Source: a virus | Taxonomy: Duplodnaviria > Caudoviricetes | Virus record (IMG/VR): IMGVR_UViG_3300010885_029461 | Coordinates: 2,991 to 66,990 of that record | Strand: one strand, 5' to 3' | DNA length: 64,000 nt | Shown: positions 18,072-27,975 of the stretch, in pieces | Numbering within the stretch: the first letter of the stretch is position 1 | Layout: every line of letters starts with the position of its first letter | The notes under the pieces: generated by a model | Seen by the model: only the letters and a program-made list of their open reading frames with translations | Databases searched by the model: none | What the model was told of the DNA's origin: nothing | Position numbers and translations under genes: made by a program

Positions 18072-19819
18072 TGAAAAAAGTAATATTTGAAAAAATTCGA
18101 TTAAGAAATTTCTTGTCTTATGGTCCAGAACCAACAGAATTGATATTTGAAAATGGTATTAACTTCATAACAGGATTCAATAAAGATGATAATTCCTATA
18201 ATGGAGTTGGTAAGACTTCGCTTATAGTAGAATCTCTTTCATTTGTTTTGTTTGGTAGCACTTACCGGACAATGACACATAAGGAGATTAAGAATGATGA
18301 TGCTCGAAATGACTGCATAGTAGAGTGCTGGTACACCGTGAATGGTGTTCGGTATGCTATTATGCGGTCTATTTCACCTGACATTCTAACTCGTACAATC
18401 ATCCATGATGACGGTAGAGAAGAAGATAAGACTAAAACTAAGCCAGAAACTACTAAGGATATTATCAATGATCTAGGCATTACTAAAGAAGTATTCACCA
18501 ATACTATCGTAATGACTAGTAAGGAATCGTCCTCGTTCCTGTCTCAAGACAAGTCTCTTAAGACTAAATTTATTGAAGGCATTCTCGGATTAGAGGTATT
18601 TTCTAAGTTGGCAAAGGATGCTAAAGATGAATATACTGCCAAAAACACCGAATGGGGTAAAGAAGAAGCCCGATTACAAGAGCTTATAAAATCTATAGAA
18701 CGGGATCAAGTCTATGCAGACTCTCATGAGGATCGTCGTGCTAAATTACTAAAGGATCATGATGAATTATTGAACCAACTTAAGGCTATTCATCCAATTG
18801 ATTTATCCACTGAACTAGTTCAGATAGCGAGAGATATCGAACTTAAAAAAGCCGCTATAGTCAATATACAAGGTAAACAACAACGGGCATCTACTAGAAA
18901 AACAGAACTTTCTATAGAATTGCGCAACGAACGCAACAAACTTAAATCATTAGTTGATAAACCTGCTAATTGCCCGACATGTAAGCGTCCATTTGATAAC
19001 CATCAAGATCATAATTTTGATGACGAACGGAAACAAATTGAAACCTTGATTGCGGATTATGAAGATAAACTTTCTAAATTAGAAGGTGTTATTAAGATAC
19101 TTGATTCAAATTATCTATTAACTAATAATGAATGGGGCGCACTAGTCAATAAGAATATCAAGACGCAAGAGGATCAAGATAGATACCATAAATCACAAGA
19201 TAGAATTCTCAGTGTTACTAAGGAACGGGCAAATATCCGCACAGCTTCAAATCCCTTTGCAGATAAGATCGAACAAGATAAAGAACTTTTAAATAAGAAG
19301 CGTCAATTAGTTGATAATTTAAAAGAAGAGACTATTATCTTGGATGGATTGAAGATAACCTTTTCACCTACAGGAGTTAAGGCATATATCACTAGTAAAA
19401 TTCTTGACGTAGTTAATGAACGGCTTAATTTTTATCTACAGAGATTGAATACCCCATGTGCCATTACTTTTGATGAATTTTTCGAAGAAACAGTAGTTAA
19501 TAAATCTGGTAAGGTGATTTCTTATGATCGTCTATCTGATGGGGAAAAAGGTAGAGTATGTTTTTCTATGCTATTCACTTTCAGAGATATACGCAGACTA
19601 CAAAGTAATGTGACTGTGAATATCTCAGTTTTTGATGAATTATTTGATTCATCAATTGATAGTAATGCCACGGTAGAAATCATGGAATTGCTCAAAACAA
19701 TGAGTGAGCAGAATGAAGAAGCCTACTATATTATAACACATAATCCCACAAATACGATGGTAGTGGATTCAAATTTAATCAGATTGGAAAAGGAAAACGG
19801 TATAACAAAAATCTTATAA
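18071..19819 (+). CDS. gp46: recombination endonuclease ATPase subunit (gp46/SbcC/Rad50-like)
   Basis: NFLSYG, NGVGKT Walker A, coiled coil with CPTC hook, LSDGEK signature, FDELFD, IITH. Confidence 0.93.
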   Translation: MKKVIFEKIRLRNFLSYGPEPTELIFENGINFITGFNKDDNSYNGVGKTSLIVESLSFVLFGSTYRTMTHKEIKNDDARNDCIVECWYTVNGVRYAIMRSISPDILTRTIIHDDGREEDKTKTKPETTKDIINDLGITKEVFTNTIVMTSKESSSFLSQDKSLKTKFIEGILGLEVFSKLAKDAKDEYTAKNTEWGKEEARLQELIKSIERDQVYADSHEDRRAKLLKDHDELLNQLKAIHPIDLSTELVQIARDIELKKAAIVNIQGKQQRASTRKTELSIELRNERNKLKSLVDKPANCPTCKRPFDNHQDHNFDDERKQIETLIADYEDKLSKLEGVIKILDSNYLLTNNEWGALVNKNIKTQEDQDRYHKSQDRILSVTKERANIRTASNPFADKIEQDKELLNKKRQLVDNLKEETIILDGLKITFSPTGVKAYITSKILDVVNERLNFYLQRLNTPCAITFDEFFEETVVNKSGKVISYDRLSDGEKGRVCFSMLFTFRDIRRLQSNVTVNISVFDELFDSSIDSNATVEIMELLKTMSEQNEEAYYIITHNPTNTMVVDSNLIRLEKENGITKIL

Positions 19820-19853
19820 ATACATAACTTATGGAAACAACAGACGAACAAAC
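19815..19853 (+). repeat. 39-bp exact direct repeat, copy 1 (late promoter plus start codons)
   Basis: TATAAATACATAACTTATGGAAACAACAGACGAACAAAC is identical at 20150-20188. Confidence 0.95.
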
Positions 19854-20154
19854 CGCAAAGCCTATATGTGAATTTAATATAAATGATAATTCCCCCGTAA
19901 ACTTAAAAGCAGGAATAGTGGATGCATTTTTCCTTGACAAGAGGTGGTGTATGGAAATTGTACGAGATGTGGCATATAAAGGAAAATTTAGAATATTTGA
20001 TGGATTAAATAATTTTCAATTTCTACATGAAGAACCTGTCAGTGTTTCTTATGATGCTAGATGGGGTGTTGATATTGCTGATCATCAAGAATATCAAGCA
20101 TTAGGTATTGCTGTAGTAGATAATAAAAAATTTAACATCTCTCAACCAGTATAA
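19831..20154 (+). CDS. hypothetical protein whose first 9 aa (METTDEQTA) are identical to the downstream thioredoxin
   Basis: ORF track plus direct repeat. Confidence 0.75.
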   Translation: METTDEQTAKPICEFNINDNSPVNLKAGIVDAFFLDKRWCMEIVRDVAYKGKFRIFDGLNNFQFLHEEPVSVSYDARWGVDIADHQEYQALGIAVVDNKKFNISQPV

Positions 20155-20188
20155 ATACATAACTTATGGAAACAACAGACGAACAAAC
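20150..20188 (+). repeat. 39-bp exact direct repeat, copy 2
   Basis: Identical to 19815-19853. Confidence 0.95.
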
Positions 20189-20459
20189 AGCAACAGTAAA
20201 GAAGTCTCAAGATGCTAATCTTATTATCTATTATGGAGCATCATGGTGTGGACCGTGCCGCGCAATGGCACCTACATTAGGACAATTAGAAGGAGTAATT
20301 AATATTATTAAAGTTGATATTGATGAATGTAGTAATTTAGCCAATGGCGAAGGAATTAGAGCAGTTCCGACTATTATTCATTATAAAAATGGATTAGAAG
20401 TTAATCGGGTTGTTGGAGGCAAGACAAAGGACGAAATAGTGAGACTTTATAATAGTTAA
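20166..20459 (+). CDS. trxA: thioredoxin
   Basis: ASWCGPC, KVDID, IRAVPT. Confidence 0.93.
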   Translation: METTDEQTATVKKSQDANLIIYYGASWCGPCRAMAPTLGQLEGVINIIKVDIDECSNLANGEGIRAVPTIIHYKNGLEVNRVVGGKTKDEIVRLYNS

Positions 20460-20509
20460 CCTAAAACATCATTTGATAATGAAAAGAAGCCATGTTAAAT
20501 ATTTTTAAC

Positions 20510-21859
20510 ATGGCTTCTTTTGTTAATCCGAATACAAACATCAAAATACCGGGTATCACTCCGGTTAAACCCGCAGTTCAACCTATACACGGGCACCCCT
20601 TTTCTCCTTTCAAACAGAAGTTAGGCGTTGTGGCTATTCAAGCCAAGGGGTGGACTTCCCTTGCTAAACCAGAAGCATTCAAAATCCCTGTTCCCGGTGA
20701 AGGATTACCTAGAGTGATTCATTATTGTGCGGACCAATCAGGATGTGGATTCTGGCGCATGATATGGCCCGCAGACGATCTATTAGCCTATAATAAAGCA
20801 GTTGTAATGACTTTATATCAAATGGTTACGTTTGCACAGTTTTATGGCGGTATTGATGCGGTGAGACTACAGCGCCAATGTACTGAAAATCAGTTAGAAT
20901 TTGTTAAATTCCTTCGAACCGTTTCTGATGAAATCAAACGTCAAACAGGTAAAGGATTCCGTATTATTTGGGAAGTGGACGATGTGGTTCTCCCACATAC
21001 TGATATCCCTGATTACAATGCATGCAAAGCGGGATTCACCGATGATAAAATTCATGTTACTGTTAAGGAGATTGTAAAATATGTGGATGAAATGACCGTT
21101 GTTTCTGAATACATGAAACAACATTATAAAAAACATCTTGAATTTGATAAAATTTCAGTTGTTCCTAATTATGCTCCTAAACATTTAGTTGACGTTGGAT
21201 TTAATCTAGAAAAGATTATGTTCAATTATAAAAAGAGTAAGAATAAGAAACCCCGTATTCTATACGCAGGTAGTGCCACTCATTTTGATGTAACTAATAA
21301 TAATCATCAAAGAGATGATTTCCAATATATCACTGATTATATATTAGATGATATTATCAATAAAAAGAAATATGAATGGGTCTTCCTTGGAGGCGCATTA
21401 CCATATAGATTGCGCGAATATATCGGTAGAGGGGTAGAGTTCCATCCATGGATTCCTCTACCAGAATATCCTGATAAGATTAGAAATCTTAATTGCCAAA
21501 TCATGCTAGCCCCTCTTGCTAATAACGTGTTCAACAGAGCAAAGTCAAATATCAAATTAACTGAAGGTGGAGCATTTGGTATCCCTGTTATTGCTCAAAA
21601 TCTCGAATGTTATAATTCAGACGGATGGAAATATCTATTCAATACGGGTGCAGAAATGATGCAAATGATAGACGATGTTCTCAAAACCCCAAGAGCATAT
21701 GAAGAAGCTGTGGAATTTGGTAGAGAATATGCAGCGAAATATCATTTAAAAGATCACCTAGATGAACTTGTCACTCTATATACTACCCCTTACGGCGACG
21801 AAAAACGCAAGGAAAGTAAATGGTTCTATGAACTAAACAAAGAACAGTTTAAACAATAA
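20510..21859 (+). CDS. GT-B glycosyltransferase (start likely ATG 20510)
   Basis: ADQSGCGFWRMIWP, LQRQ, WEVDD, ILYAGSATH, APLANNVFNRAKSNIKLTEGGAFGIP; TAAATA 8 nt upstream of ATG 20510. Confidence 0.78.
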   Translation: MASFVNPNTNIKIPGITPVKPAVQPIHGHPFSPFKQKLGVVAIQAKGWTSLAKPEAFKIPVPGEGLPRVIHYCADQSGCGFWRMIWPADDLLAYNKAVVMTLYQMVTFAQFYGGIDAVRLQRQCTENQLEFVKFLRTVSDEIKRQTGKGFRIIWEVDDVVLPHTDIPDYNACKAGFTDDKIHVTVKEIVKYVDEMTVVSEYMKQHYKKHLEFDKISVVPNYAPKHLVDVGFNLEKIMFNYKKSKNKKPRILYAGSATHFDVTNNNHQRDDFQYITDYILDDIINKKKYEWVFLGGALPYRLREYIGRGVEFHPWIPLPEYPDKIRNLNCQIMLAPLANNVFNRAKSNIKLTEGGAFGIPVIAQNLECYNSDGWKYLFNTGAEMMQMIDDVLKTPRAYEEAVEFGREYAAKYHLKDHLDELVTLYTTPYGDEKRKESKWFYELNKEQFKQ

Positions 21860-21861
21860 GC

Positions 21862-21890
21862 TTGACATACTTTGAGAAGACATGTAATAT
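21862..21890 (+). promoter_or_regulatory. sigma70-type promoter TTGACA-17-TAATAT
   Basis: Perfect -35, 17-nt spacer, ATG 5 nt downstream. Confidence 0.75.
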
Positions 21891-21895
21891 GCCAC

Positions 21896-22303
21896 ATGTC
21901 TTCTCATGTCAAACTAGATAAACTCGTTAAATTAATTAATAAGAACCTTTACACCCTTTATAAACAAGGAGAGGTTTCTCACTATACTTATATTTTGGAG
22001 GTATTAAAAAATACCCTTCGATCTTCACAGGCTAATGAAATATTTGGTACTTTTCTTGGTCAAGTTCCACAGAAATACTCCAAACGCACATATATAACTT
22101 ATGATATAGGATATTATAGAGGAATGGAATATCCACAAACAACCCGTATTAAATTTTTTGGAGGCGAGGTAGATAATGACTGGTTAGATAATCGCATCAA
22201 AACATTAAATGCTATGGCAGTTAAATTACCGTACGAAGATATGTGTCATACCGACGAAGAAGGTATTTTTGATTTTAATCACCTTCGCCGCTTTAAATTT
22301 TAA
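21896..22303 (+). CDS. hypothetical protein (start likely ATG 21896)
   Basis: ORF track; promoter position. Confidence 0.7.
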   Translation: MSSHVKLDKLVKLINKNLYTLYKQGEVSHYTYILEVLKNTLRSSQANEIFGTFLGQVPQKYSKRTYITYDIGYYRGMEYPQTTRIKFFGGEVDNDWLDNRIKTLNAMAVKLPYEDMCHTDEEGIFDFNHLRRFKF

Positions 22304-22351
22304 GATAATAGTTTGAACAAACCCCAAAAACATGTTAAGATAGTAATCACT

Positions 22352-22762
22352 ATGAGCACAGAAAATACAGAAGTCGATGTAAAGGAACAGGAAAATAAAA
22401 TCGAGAAGAAATTTTCGATTACGATTAAAAAATTAATCGCAGTTGTCGATGGATCAGAAAATCTCAAACTTCCAAAGAAAGTTAAGAAGGATGACCTTGC
22501 TTCTATCGTTACAGATTTGTTCAAAGAAGAACATGCTGAAAACATCAAACAGACAAAAGATTCCCTTAAGTCTCTTTTGAAACAATATGCAGAAATGAAC
22601 AAAGCTTTCGATGACAAGGAAAAGGAACTTGAAAATCTTAGAAAACAGAAAAAAGAAGAATTTATTAAAGCAGCCGATGGCTTGTTTAATAAAATTGATA
22701 ATATCTCCGTAGTGGAGAAAGAATACTATCAAGGACTGAAAGTAGCTACCGAAACAGTTTAA
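22352..22762 (+). CDS. coiled-coil hypothetical protein (start likely ATG 22352)
   Basis: K/E-rich heptads; TTGAAC-17-TAAGAT at 22313-22341. Confidence 0.7.
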   Translation: MSTENTEVDVKEQENKIEKKFSITIKKLIAVVDGSENLKLPKKVKKDDLASIVTDLFKEEHAENIKQTKDSLKSLLKQYAEMNKAFDDKEKELENLRKQKKEEFIKAADGLFNKIDNISVVEKEYYQGLKVATETV

Positions 22763-22771
22763 TAGATTGAT

Positions 22772-22803
22772 AAAAACCCCCTAGAAATTCTAGGGGGTTT
22801 TTT
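22772..22803 (+). terminator. intrinsic terminator
   Basis: AAAAACCCCCTAG-AAATT-CTAGGGGGTTTTTT. Confidence 0.9.
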
Positions 22804-22815
22804 CGTTTAAATAGG

Positions 22816-22844
22816 TTGCATACACCCTCATTTGAGGTTAAGTT
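22816..22844 (+). promoter_or_regulatory. sigma70-type promoter TTGCAT-17-TAAGTT
   Basis: 6 nt upstream of the DNA polymerase ATG. Confidence 0.55.
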
Positions 22845-22850
22845 ATTATA

Positions 22851-25439
22851 ATGTCTTACCGTAATGTTTACTATGACCAAAAGAAGTCGCAAATTCACCA
22901 TTTCACATGGACAGAAGACGGCTCTCCTTGTAGAGTTATAAAGAATTATAAACCATATATAATGGTACCTGCCACGGTATCATCAAAGGTTGATGGATAT
23001 GGTATTGATAATGCTCCGCTGATGAAGCGAGAGTTTGATAACAACTATGATCGTGCCAAGTATGTTAAAAATTCTAATGGGAAGATTTACTATAATCTTC
23101 CCCCTACGCAGCAATATCTACTAGACCTGTATTATAAAAAAGATATTGCTGAATTAACTCGGCATCCGTTACGAACTTTCTTTTTCGATATCGAAGTTAT
23201 TGCTAACGAATTTCCTGATCCAATGGAAGCGAAATTTCCAATCACTTCAATTACTATATATGATACAAATCTGAAAAAGTATTTTACATGGGGCATTGGT
23301 AAATACGATGATTATTCTTGTAAAGATCATTTAGTTGGAATTGAACCCGAAGAAATTGTTTATGAGTATTGTGCAGGGGAAACACAACTTTTAAAGAAAT
23401 TTATCAGATTTTGGCGTGCAAATTTTCCTGATGTTATCGTTGGATATAACTCATATAGCTTCGATGTTCCTTACATTGTTAATCGTCTAGAAACGGTATT
23501 GGGTGAAGGATATAGTAAAAACCTGTCACCTGTCAATAGTATATATAGTAAATCTGTTCAAAATAGATATGGTCAGGAATATATCGAATATGAATTTGGC
23601 GGTATTGCCCATATGGATTATATGGTTCTTTATAGATATTTCACTCCCGGTGAACGGGAAAGCGATTCCCTTGATTTTGTATGTTATTCTGAATTAGGAA
23701 GTGGTAAATTGGATTACGGCGATACCTCCCTCCAAGAGCTTGCGAAACAGGATTGGAATAAGTTTATTAACTATAACATTTGGGATGTTAAGTTGATGAT
23801 CATGTTAGATGAAGAGAAGAAATATTTAGAAATCGCCAAGTTCTCTGCATTTAGCGGATTCTGTAATTTAGATAAAGCATTTGGTAAAACTGCAATCATT
23901 ACAGGTGTATTAGCAAAACAATCCTTAGAAGATGGAAAATATATTTCCACACAGAAAGGTGTGGAGCATGCAGAGAAAATACCGGGAGGATATGTTAAGG
24001 CTCCCGAAGAAGGATTGTATGAAGATGTGGTTAGCTTCGATGCTAACTCCCTCTATCCGAGTAATATTATCACTTTAAATATTTCTCCTGAAACCAAAGT
24101 TGCCAAAATCCTTGATAAGGATGCAGAAAAATACACGCTCTTACTTTGTAAAGAGAATAAGAAAATGACCGTGGCAAAGGATAGATTTTATGAATTCCTT
24201 CGCTTGAAAAATTGGTCATTTGCGGCTAACGGGGTAATGTATGATCAATCTGTTAAAGGTATTGCTGCTAGTTTCTGTGATACTCTTTATCAGAAAAGAA
24301 AAAAGGTTAAAGAGGAAATGTTTCTAATTGATCAACAATTAGAAACCATGGAAGAGGGAACGGCAGAATATAAGAGATTGAAAACGCTTTCTTCACAGAA
24401 GGATGTTGAACAATATCTTTATAAGATTTTGTTGAATTCTACTTACGGTGCTTTTGCCAATAGATTCTTTGCTCTATATGAGTTGGATGTGGCAACCTCT
24501 GTAACAACCACAGGGCAAGCCATGATTAAAAAGAGTGCGCAAATTATCAATGACTACATTGCTTCTGAATGGGGTATTGATAAAAAAGATAGAGTCGTAT
24601 TTTCCGATACCGATTCTGTAGGTGTTACTATTAAGGATATTGTCGAAAAACACAATCTTGTAATTTTTGACGAAGACAAGAACCTTACCAAAGAGTTTAA
24701 TATTATTGAGAATAAAATCTCTGATCATCTTAATTCTGAGATTAATAAATGGTCTAAAGAGAAATTAAACTCTGCTGATTCTCGTTTCTTCTTTAAGAGA
24801 GAAAGTGTTTGCCCAAAAGCTATGTGGATGGGTAAGAAACATTACGTAATGTATATTCTAAACAAAGAAGGCAAGAAGATGAATAAGTTTAAATATTCAG
24901 GAGTTCGTCTTGCCAAGTCTACTTTATCTGATAAAGCAAAGGATATTTCTAAGAAGATTGTAGAGATTATCATGGGTACTAAAGATCAAAAGATAGCAGA
25001 TCAAATGATCTTTGATGCATATGAAGAATTTAAGGCGTTCGGAGTTAATGATATTGCAGAACGAGGGGGTATAAAAGTACTGAATAAATGGGACACTAAA
25101 AATAACGGGTTAGTATGTGCAAAAGGCACAACTCGTTCTGCAAAACTTAGCATCTTTCACAACGAATTATTAAAAATGAATAATCTTGAAAATGTCTATA
25201 GAAAAATAGAAAATGGATCAAAGATAAAGATGTTACACATTAAGGATAATAAATATAACCTTGAAGGTATTGCATACCAAGATAAGTTGCCAGCGGAATT
25301 TGGAGTAGAACCTGATTATGAGAAAATGTTTTTCTATGATATCATAAAAAGCTTACAACCCGTATATGATGCTCTTACATGGAAGATGCCCAACCCTAAA
25401 TTACAATATGAAACAACGCTTGAAGAATTATTTGGTTAA
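22851..25439 (+). CDS. gp43: family B DNA polymerase (T4 gp43-like)
   Basis: Exonuclease motifs FFDIE, GYNSYSFD, YNIWD; polymerase motifs SFDANSLYPS, KILLNSTYG, SDTDS, KKHY. Confidence 0.97.
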   Translation: MSYRNVYYDQKKSQIHHFTWTEDGSPCRVIKNYKPYIMVPATVSSKVDGYGIDNAPLMKREFDNNYDRAKYVKNSNGKIYYNLPPTQQYLLDLYYKKDIAELTRHPLRTFFFDIEVIANEFPDPMEAKFPITSITIYDTNLKKYFTWGIGKYDDYSCKDHLVGIEPEEIVYEYCAGETQLLKKFIRFWRANFPDVIVGYNSYSFDVPYIVNRLETVLGEGYSKNLSPVNSIYSKSVQNRYGQEYIEYEFGGIAHMDYMVLYRYFTPGERESDSLDFVCYSELGSGKLDYGDTSLQELAKQDWNKFINYNIWDVKLMIMLDEEKKYLEIAKFSAFSGFCNLDKAFGKTAIITGVLAKQSLEDGKYISTQKGVEHAEKIPGGYVKAPEEGLYEDVVSFDANSLYPSNIITLNISPETKVAKILDKDAEKYTLLLCKENKKMTVAKDRFYEFLRLKNWSFAANGVMYDQSVKGIAASFCDTLYQKRKKVKEEMFLIDQQLETMEEGTAEYKRLKTLSSQKDVEQYLYKILLNSTYGAFANRFFALYELDVATSVTTTGQAMIKKSAQIINDYIASEWGIDKKDRVVFSDTDSVGVTIKDIVEKHNLVIFDEDKNLTKEFNIIENKISDHLNSEINKWSKEKLNSADSRFFFKRESVCPKAMWMGKKHYVMYILNKEGKKMNKFKYSGVRLAKSTLSDKAKDISKKIVEIIMGTKDQKIADQMIFDAYEEFKAFGVNDIAERGGIKVLNKWDTKNNGLVCAKGTTRSAKLSIFHNELLKMNNLENVYRKIENGSKIKMLHIKDNKYNLEGIAYQDKLPAEFGVEPDYEKMFFYDIIKSLQPVYDALTWKMPNPKLQYETTLEELFG

Positions 25440-25695
25440 TATTAAACGGATATATAATATTATATTCGAAAACAGAGATTTAACCGATATCCAAAATGAT
25501 TATTATTTAAATAAATGGATTAGTAAATCTGAATTAGAGAAATTATTCGAATTTGAAAAAATACAGTTATTACAGGCATATAAAGAGAAAGAGCAAGAAT
25601 CTATAGATTTGTTGAAAAGTTTCAATATGAATTCCTTATCTAATTATGAAGCATTGGAAAGAAAATATCAAGGTAGTTTAAAAAAGAAGCAATAA
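25408..25695 (+). CDS. hypothetical protein (start uncertain)
   Basis: ORF fills the gap after gp43. Confidence 0.5.
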   Translation: MKQRLKNYLVNIKRIYNIIFENRDLTDIQNDYYLNKWISKSELEKLFEFEKIQLLQAYKEKEQESIDLLKSFNMNSLSNYEALERKYQGSLKKKQ

Positions 25696-25732
25696 TACTT
25701 GAAACATATTCACCTACAGGATTAATACTAAC

Positions 25733-26140
25733 ATGGAACAAATCGTAGGAATTTACAAAGACATTAGCCAGTTTATCATCGGTATTTTGGTTAAAGAAAC
25801 AGATACACATGTGGTATTACGCCGAGCATTATTGGTTAGTGTAGAAAGAGATAAAAATGGTAACGGACTAGTCCCTAACTTTTTCCCTGTAACACTATTA
25901 ACACTTGACCCACCTTTCCATATGATGGGATTCTTGAAAGAACAAAATATTGATTTTGAAACTTGGTACAAAAAAGACACGCTCTTGAATCCAGTTCCTC
26001 AAGAACTTAACGATCAAGTTACCCAAGTATATATGCAAAACTTTATAGGAGTGCTACCTCCTAATGCATCAGTCCCTCTACCTGTAGAGGGTAAATCGGA
26101 GGGTAAAACACCTGAAAATAACATAGTCAAACTATTCTAA
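25733..26140 (+). CDS. hypothetical protein (small beta-barrel-like)
   Basis: ORF track; followed by a terminator. Confidence 0.7.
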   Translation: MEQIVGIYKDISQFIIGILVKETDTHVVLRRALLVSVERDKNGNGLVPNFFPVTLLTLDPPFHMMGFLKEQNIDFETWYKKDTLLNPVPQELNDQVTQVYMQNFIGVLPPNASVPLPVEGKSEGKTPENNIVKLF

Positions 26141-26166
26141 AAAAAGGCGGCGAAAGCCGCCTTTTT
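26141..26166 (+). terminator. intrinsic terminator with GAAA tetraloop
   Basis: AAAAAGGCGGC-GAAA-GCCGCCTTTTT. Confidence 0.92.
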
Positions 26167-26168
26167 AG

Positions 26169-26197
26169 TTGTTATACACTGCGTTATAGAGTAAATT
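26169..26197 (+). promoter_or_regulatory. sigma70-type promoter TTGTTA-17-TAAATT
   Basis: 5 nt upstream of the uvsX ATG. Confidence 0.55.
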
Positions 26198-26202
26198 CAT
26201 AC

Positions 26203-27228
26203 ATGTCGAAATTACTCGAAAAGTTAAGAAAAAATACCATTGTTGATGCTCAATTATTAAAAAATAGCAAATATTTTGATGAAGGAAAATTCATCGCGAC
26301 CCGTGTTCCATTGCTCAATCTAGCCCTGTCAGGAAAGATTCGTGGAGGGGGTCTTCCTAAAGGAATCGTACAGATTGCCGCTCCACCTAAACATTTCAAA
26401 ACTAACTTCATGTTAGAATTGATGTTAGGTTTCCAAAATGATCCAGATAATGCGAATCAAGACTATATCATCGTTCTATATGATAGTGAATTAGGATCAA
26501 CTCCTAGCTATTATGAGAAAATGGGGCTTGATACTAGTAAGATTGATCATCGTCCTATTAAGTCGGTTGAAGAACTTCGTTCAGATATTGCAAATCTTTT
26601 AAATGATATATCAGAAGGTGACAGAGTTCTAATTTGCGTTGACTCCATCGGTATGCTTCGCTCTAACAAGGAAACAGAAGATGCTAAATCCGGTCATGAT
26701 GCTGCTGATATGACAAGAGCAAAGGCATTGAATTCCTTGTTCCGAATCATTACTGCTGAATCTGCTATTAAGCAAATTCCGATTGTTATTATTAATCACT
26801 CATATGGAACCCTAGAAATGTTCTCTAAGGAAGTTGCCAGCGGTGGTCGTAAGACACAATATGCTGCTCATACCCTTCTATTCATTACAAAGGCACAGGA
26901 TAAGGAGAAAGAAGACGGTAAAGACGTTCTTAAGGGATTCCGATTCACGCTACGTGCGGGCTTATCGAGATATGTTAAGGAAAATGCTACATTCCCTATT
27001 ACAGTGCATTTTGGTGAAGGAGTTGATCCTTTTTCAGGATTGTTTGACTTGGCCTTAGACTTGGGTTACATTATCCCACAGAAACAAGGCTGGTACAAGA
27101 TGAAAGATTGGACAGAAGATAAAAAACAAGTTAGACGGGCAGACCTTGAAGAAGATGAAGACGTAATGAATGCGCTTCTAGATGATGACTCTTTCTGTGC
27201 AGCCGTAGAAAAAATATACAGTTTATAA
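26203..27228 (+). CDS. uvsX: RecA-like recombinase UvsX
   Basis: LNLALSG, APPKHFKT, YDSELG, VDSIGML, ADMTRAKALNSLFR, SGG. Confidence 0.95.
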   Translation: MSKLLEKLRKNTIVDAQLLKNSKYFDEGKFIATRVPLLNLALSGKIRGGGLPKGIVQIAAPPKHFKTNFMLELMLGFQNDPDNANQDYIIVLYDSELGSTPSYYEKMGLDTSKIDHRPIKSVEELRSDIANLLNDISEGDRVLICVDSIGMLRSNKETEDAKSGHDAADMTRAKALNSLFRIITAESAIKQIPIVIINHSYGTLEMFSKEVASGGRKTQYAAHTLLFITKAQDKEKEDGKDVLKGFRFTLRAGLSRYVKENATFPITVHFGEGVDPFSGLFDLALDLGYIIPQKQGWYKMKDWTEDKKQVRRADLEEDEDVMNALLDDDSFCAAVEKIYSL

Positions 27229-27229
27229 C

Positions 27230-27673
27230 ATGGATAAAAACCCTTTTCATTTTGAAGATTTATATATCGCCTTTGCTGAGAAATATCCTTGGGCGTTTGA
27301 TAAGTTAGGACTTACAAAACAGATTAATGATCATATCCTTTATTTAGGGAATAAGACAGGTGGTGCATTGGTTCGATATATTTTACCGGGAGTCTATAAA
27401 TCTGATTATCTCTTAAAATATAAAGATTGTCATATTTGTACCTTCCCCGTCGAAATTGATGCAGGTCGTCCACCTACATTATCTGTCTGGTGCCAACTTG
27501 ATAATTACCGAATAATTCAAGCAAATCTTGGATTAGCAGATTCAGAAGATACAGAGTTTAGTTTGGGATTAACATTACATACCTCCAAACCTCAACAGTA
27601 TATTGATATGTTGAAAGATGTTAGAGACTATCGTATCCTTCCTCCTAAAAAGAATTTAGGATTTAATACTTAA
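27230..27673 (+). CDS. hypothetical protein
   Basis: ORF in operon. Confidence 0.7.
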   Translation: MDKNPFHFEDLYIAFAEKYPWAFDKLGLTKQINDHILYLGNKTGGALVRYILPGVYKSDYLLKYKDCHICTFPVEIDAGRPPTLSVWCQLDNYRIIQANLGLADSEDTEFSLGLTLHTSKPQQYIDMLKDVRDYRILPPKKNLGFNT

Positions 27674-27975
27674 TGATTGAAGCAACTATATCATATATAG
27701 GGACGTTTATAGATCGTCCCAACATAATACGCTTTACCTTTGCAGAAGATGATATTGCAATGGAAAGTAAAAATGAAACAACTGGTAAATTTGAAAAAAT
27801 TACCGTTGGTCAATTATATGATATATTCTCCAAGAAAAACGAGTATATTCGTGATGCATCTGATCCAGAGGATCGCATTGATGGCTCATTTTTTGAAGAA
27901 TGGTTCTATCAAAAGCATATAGCCGATAAACATTTCAGAGACAAAATAACCAACCAAACATTCCGACAAATTTAA
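27673..27975 (+). CDS. hypothetical protein
   Basis: ORF with TAATG overlaps on both sides. Confidence 0.7.
   Translation: MIEATISYIGTFIDRPNIIRFTFAEDDIAMESKNETTGKFEKITVGQLYDIFSKKNEYIRDASDPEDRIDGSFFEEWFYQKHIADKHFRDKITNQTFRQI

Noticed and set aside
22826-22837. CCTCA-TT-TGAGG inverted repeat upstream of DNA polymerase as a T4-like autogenous operator
   Set aside because: It has only a 5-bp stem and lies in the putative promoter spacer, so it is probably not transcribed; could be chance.
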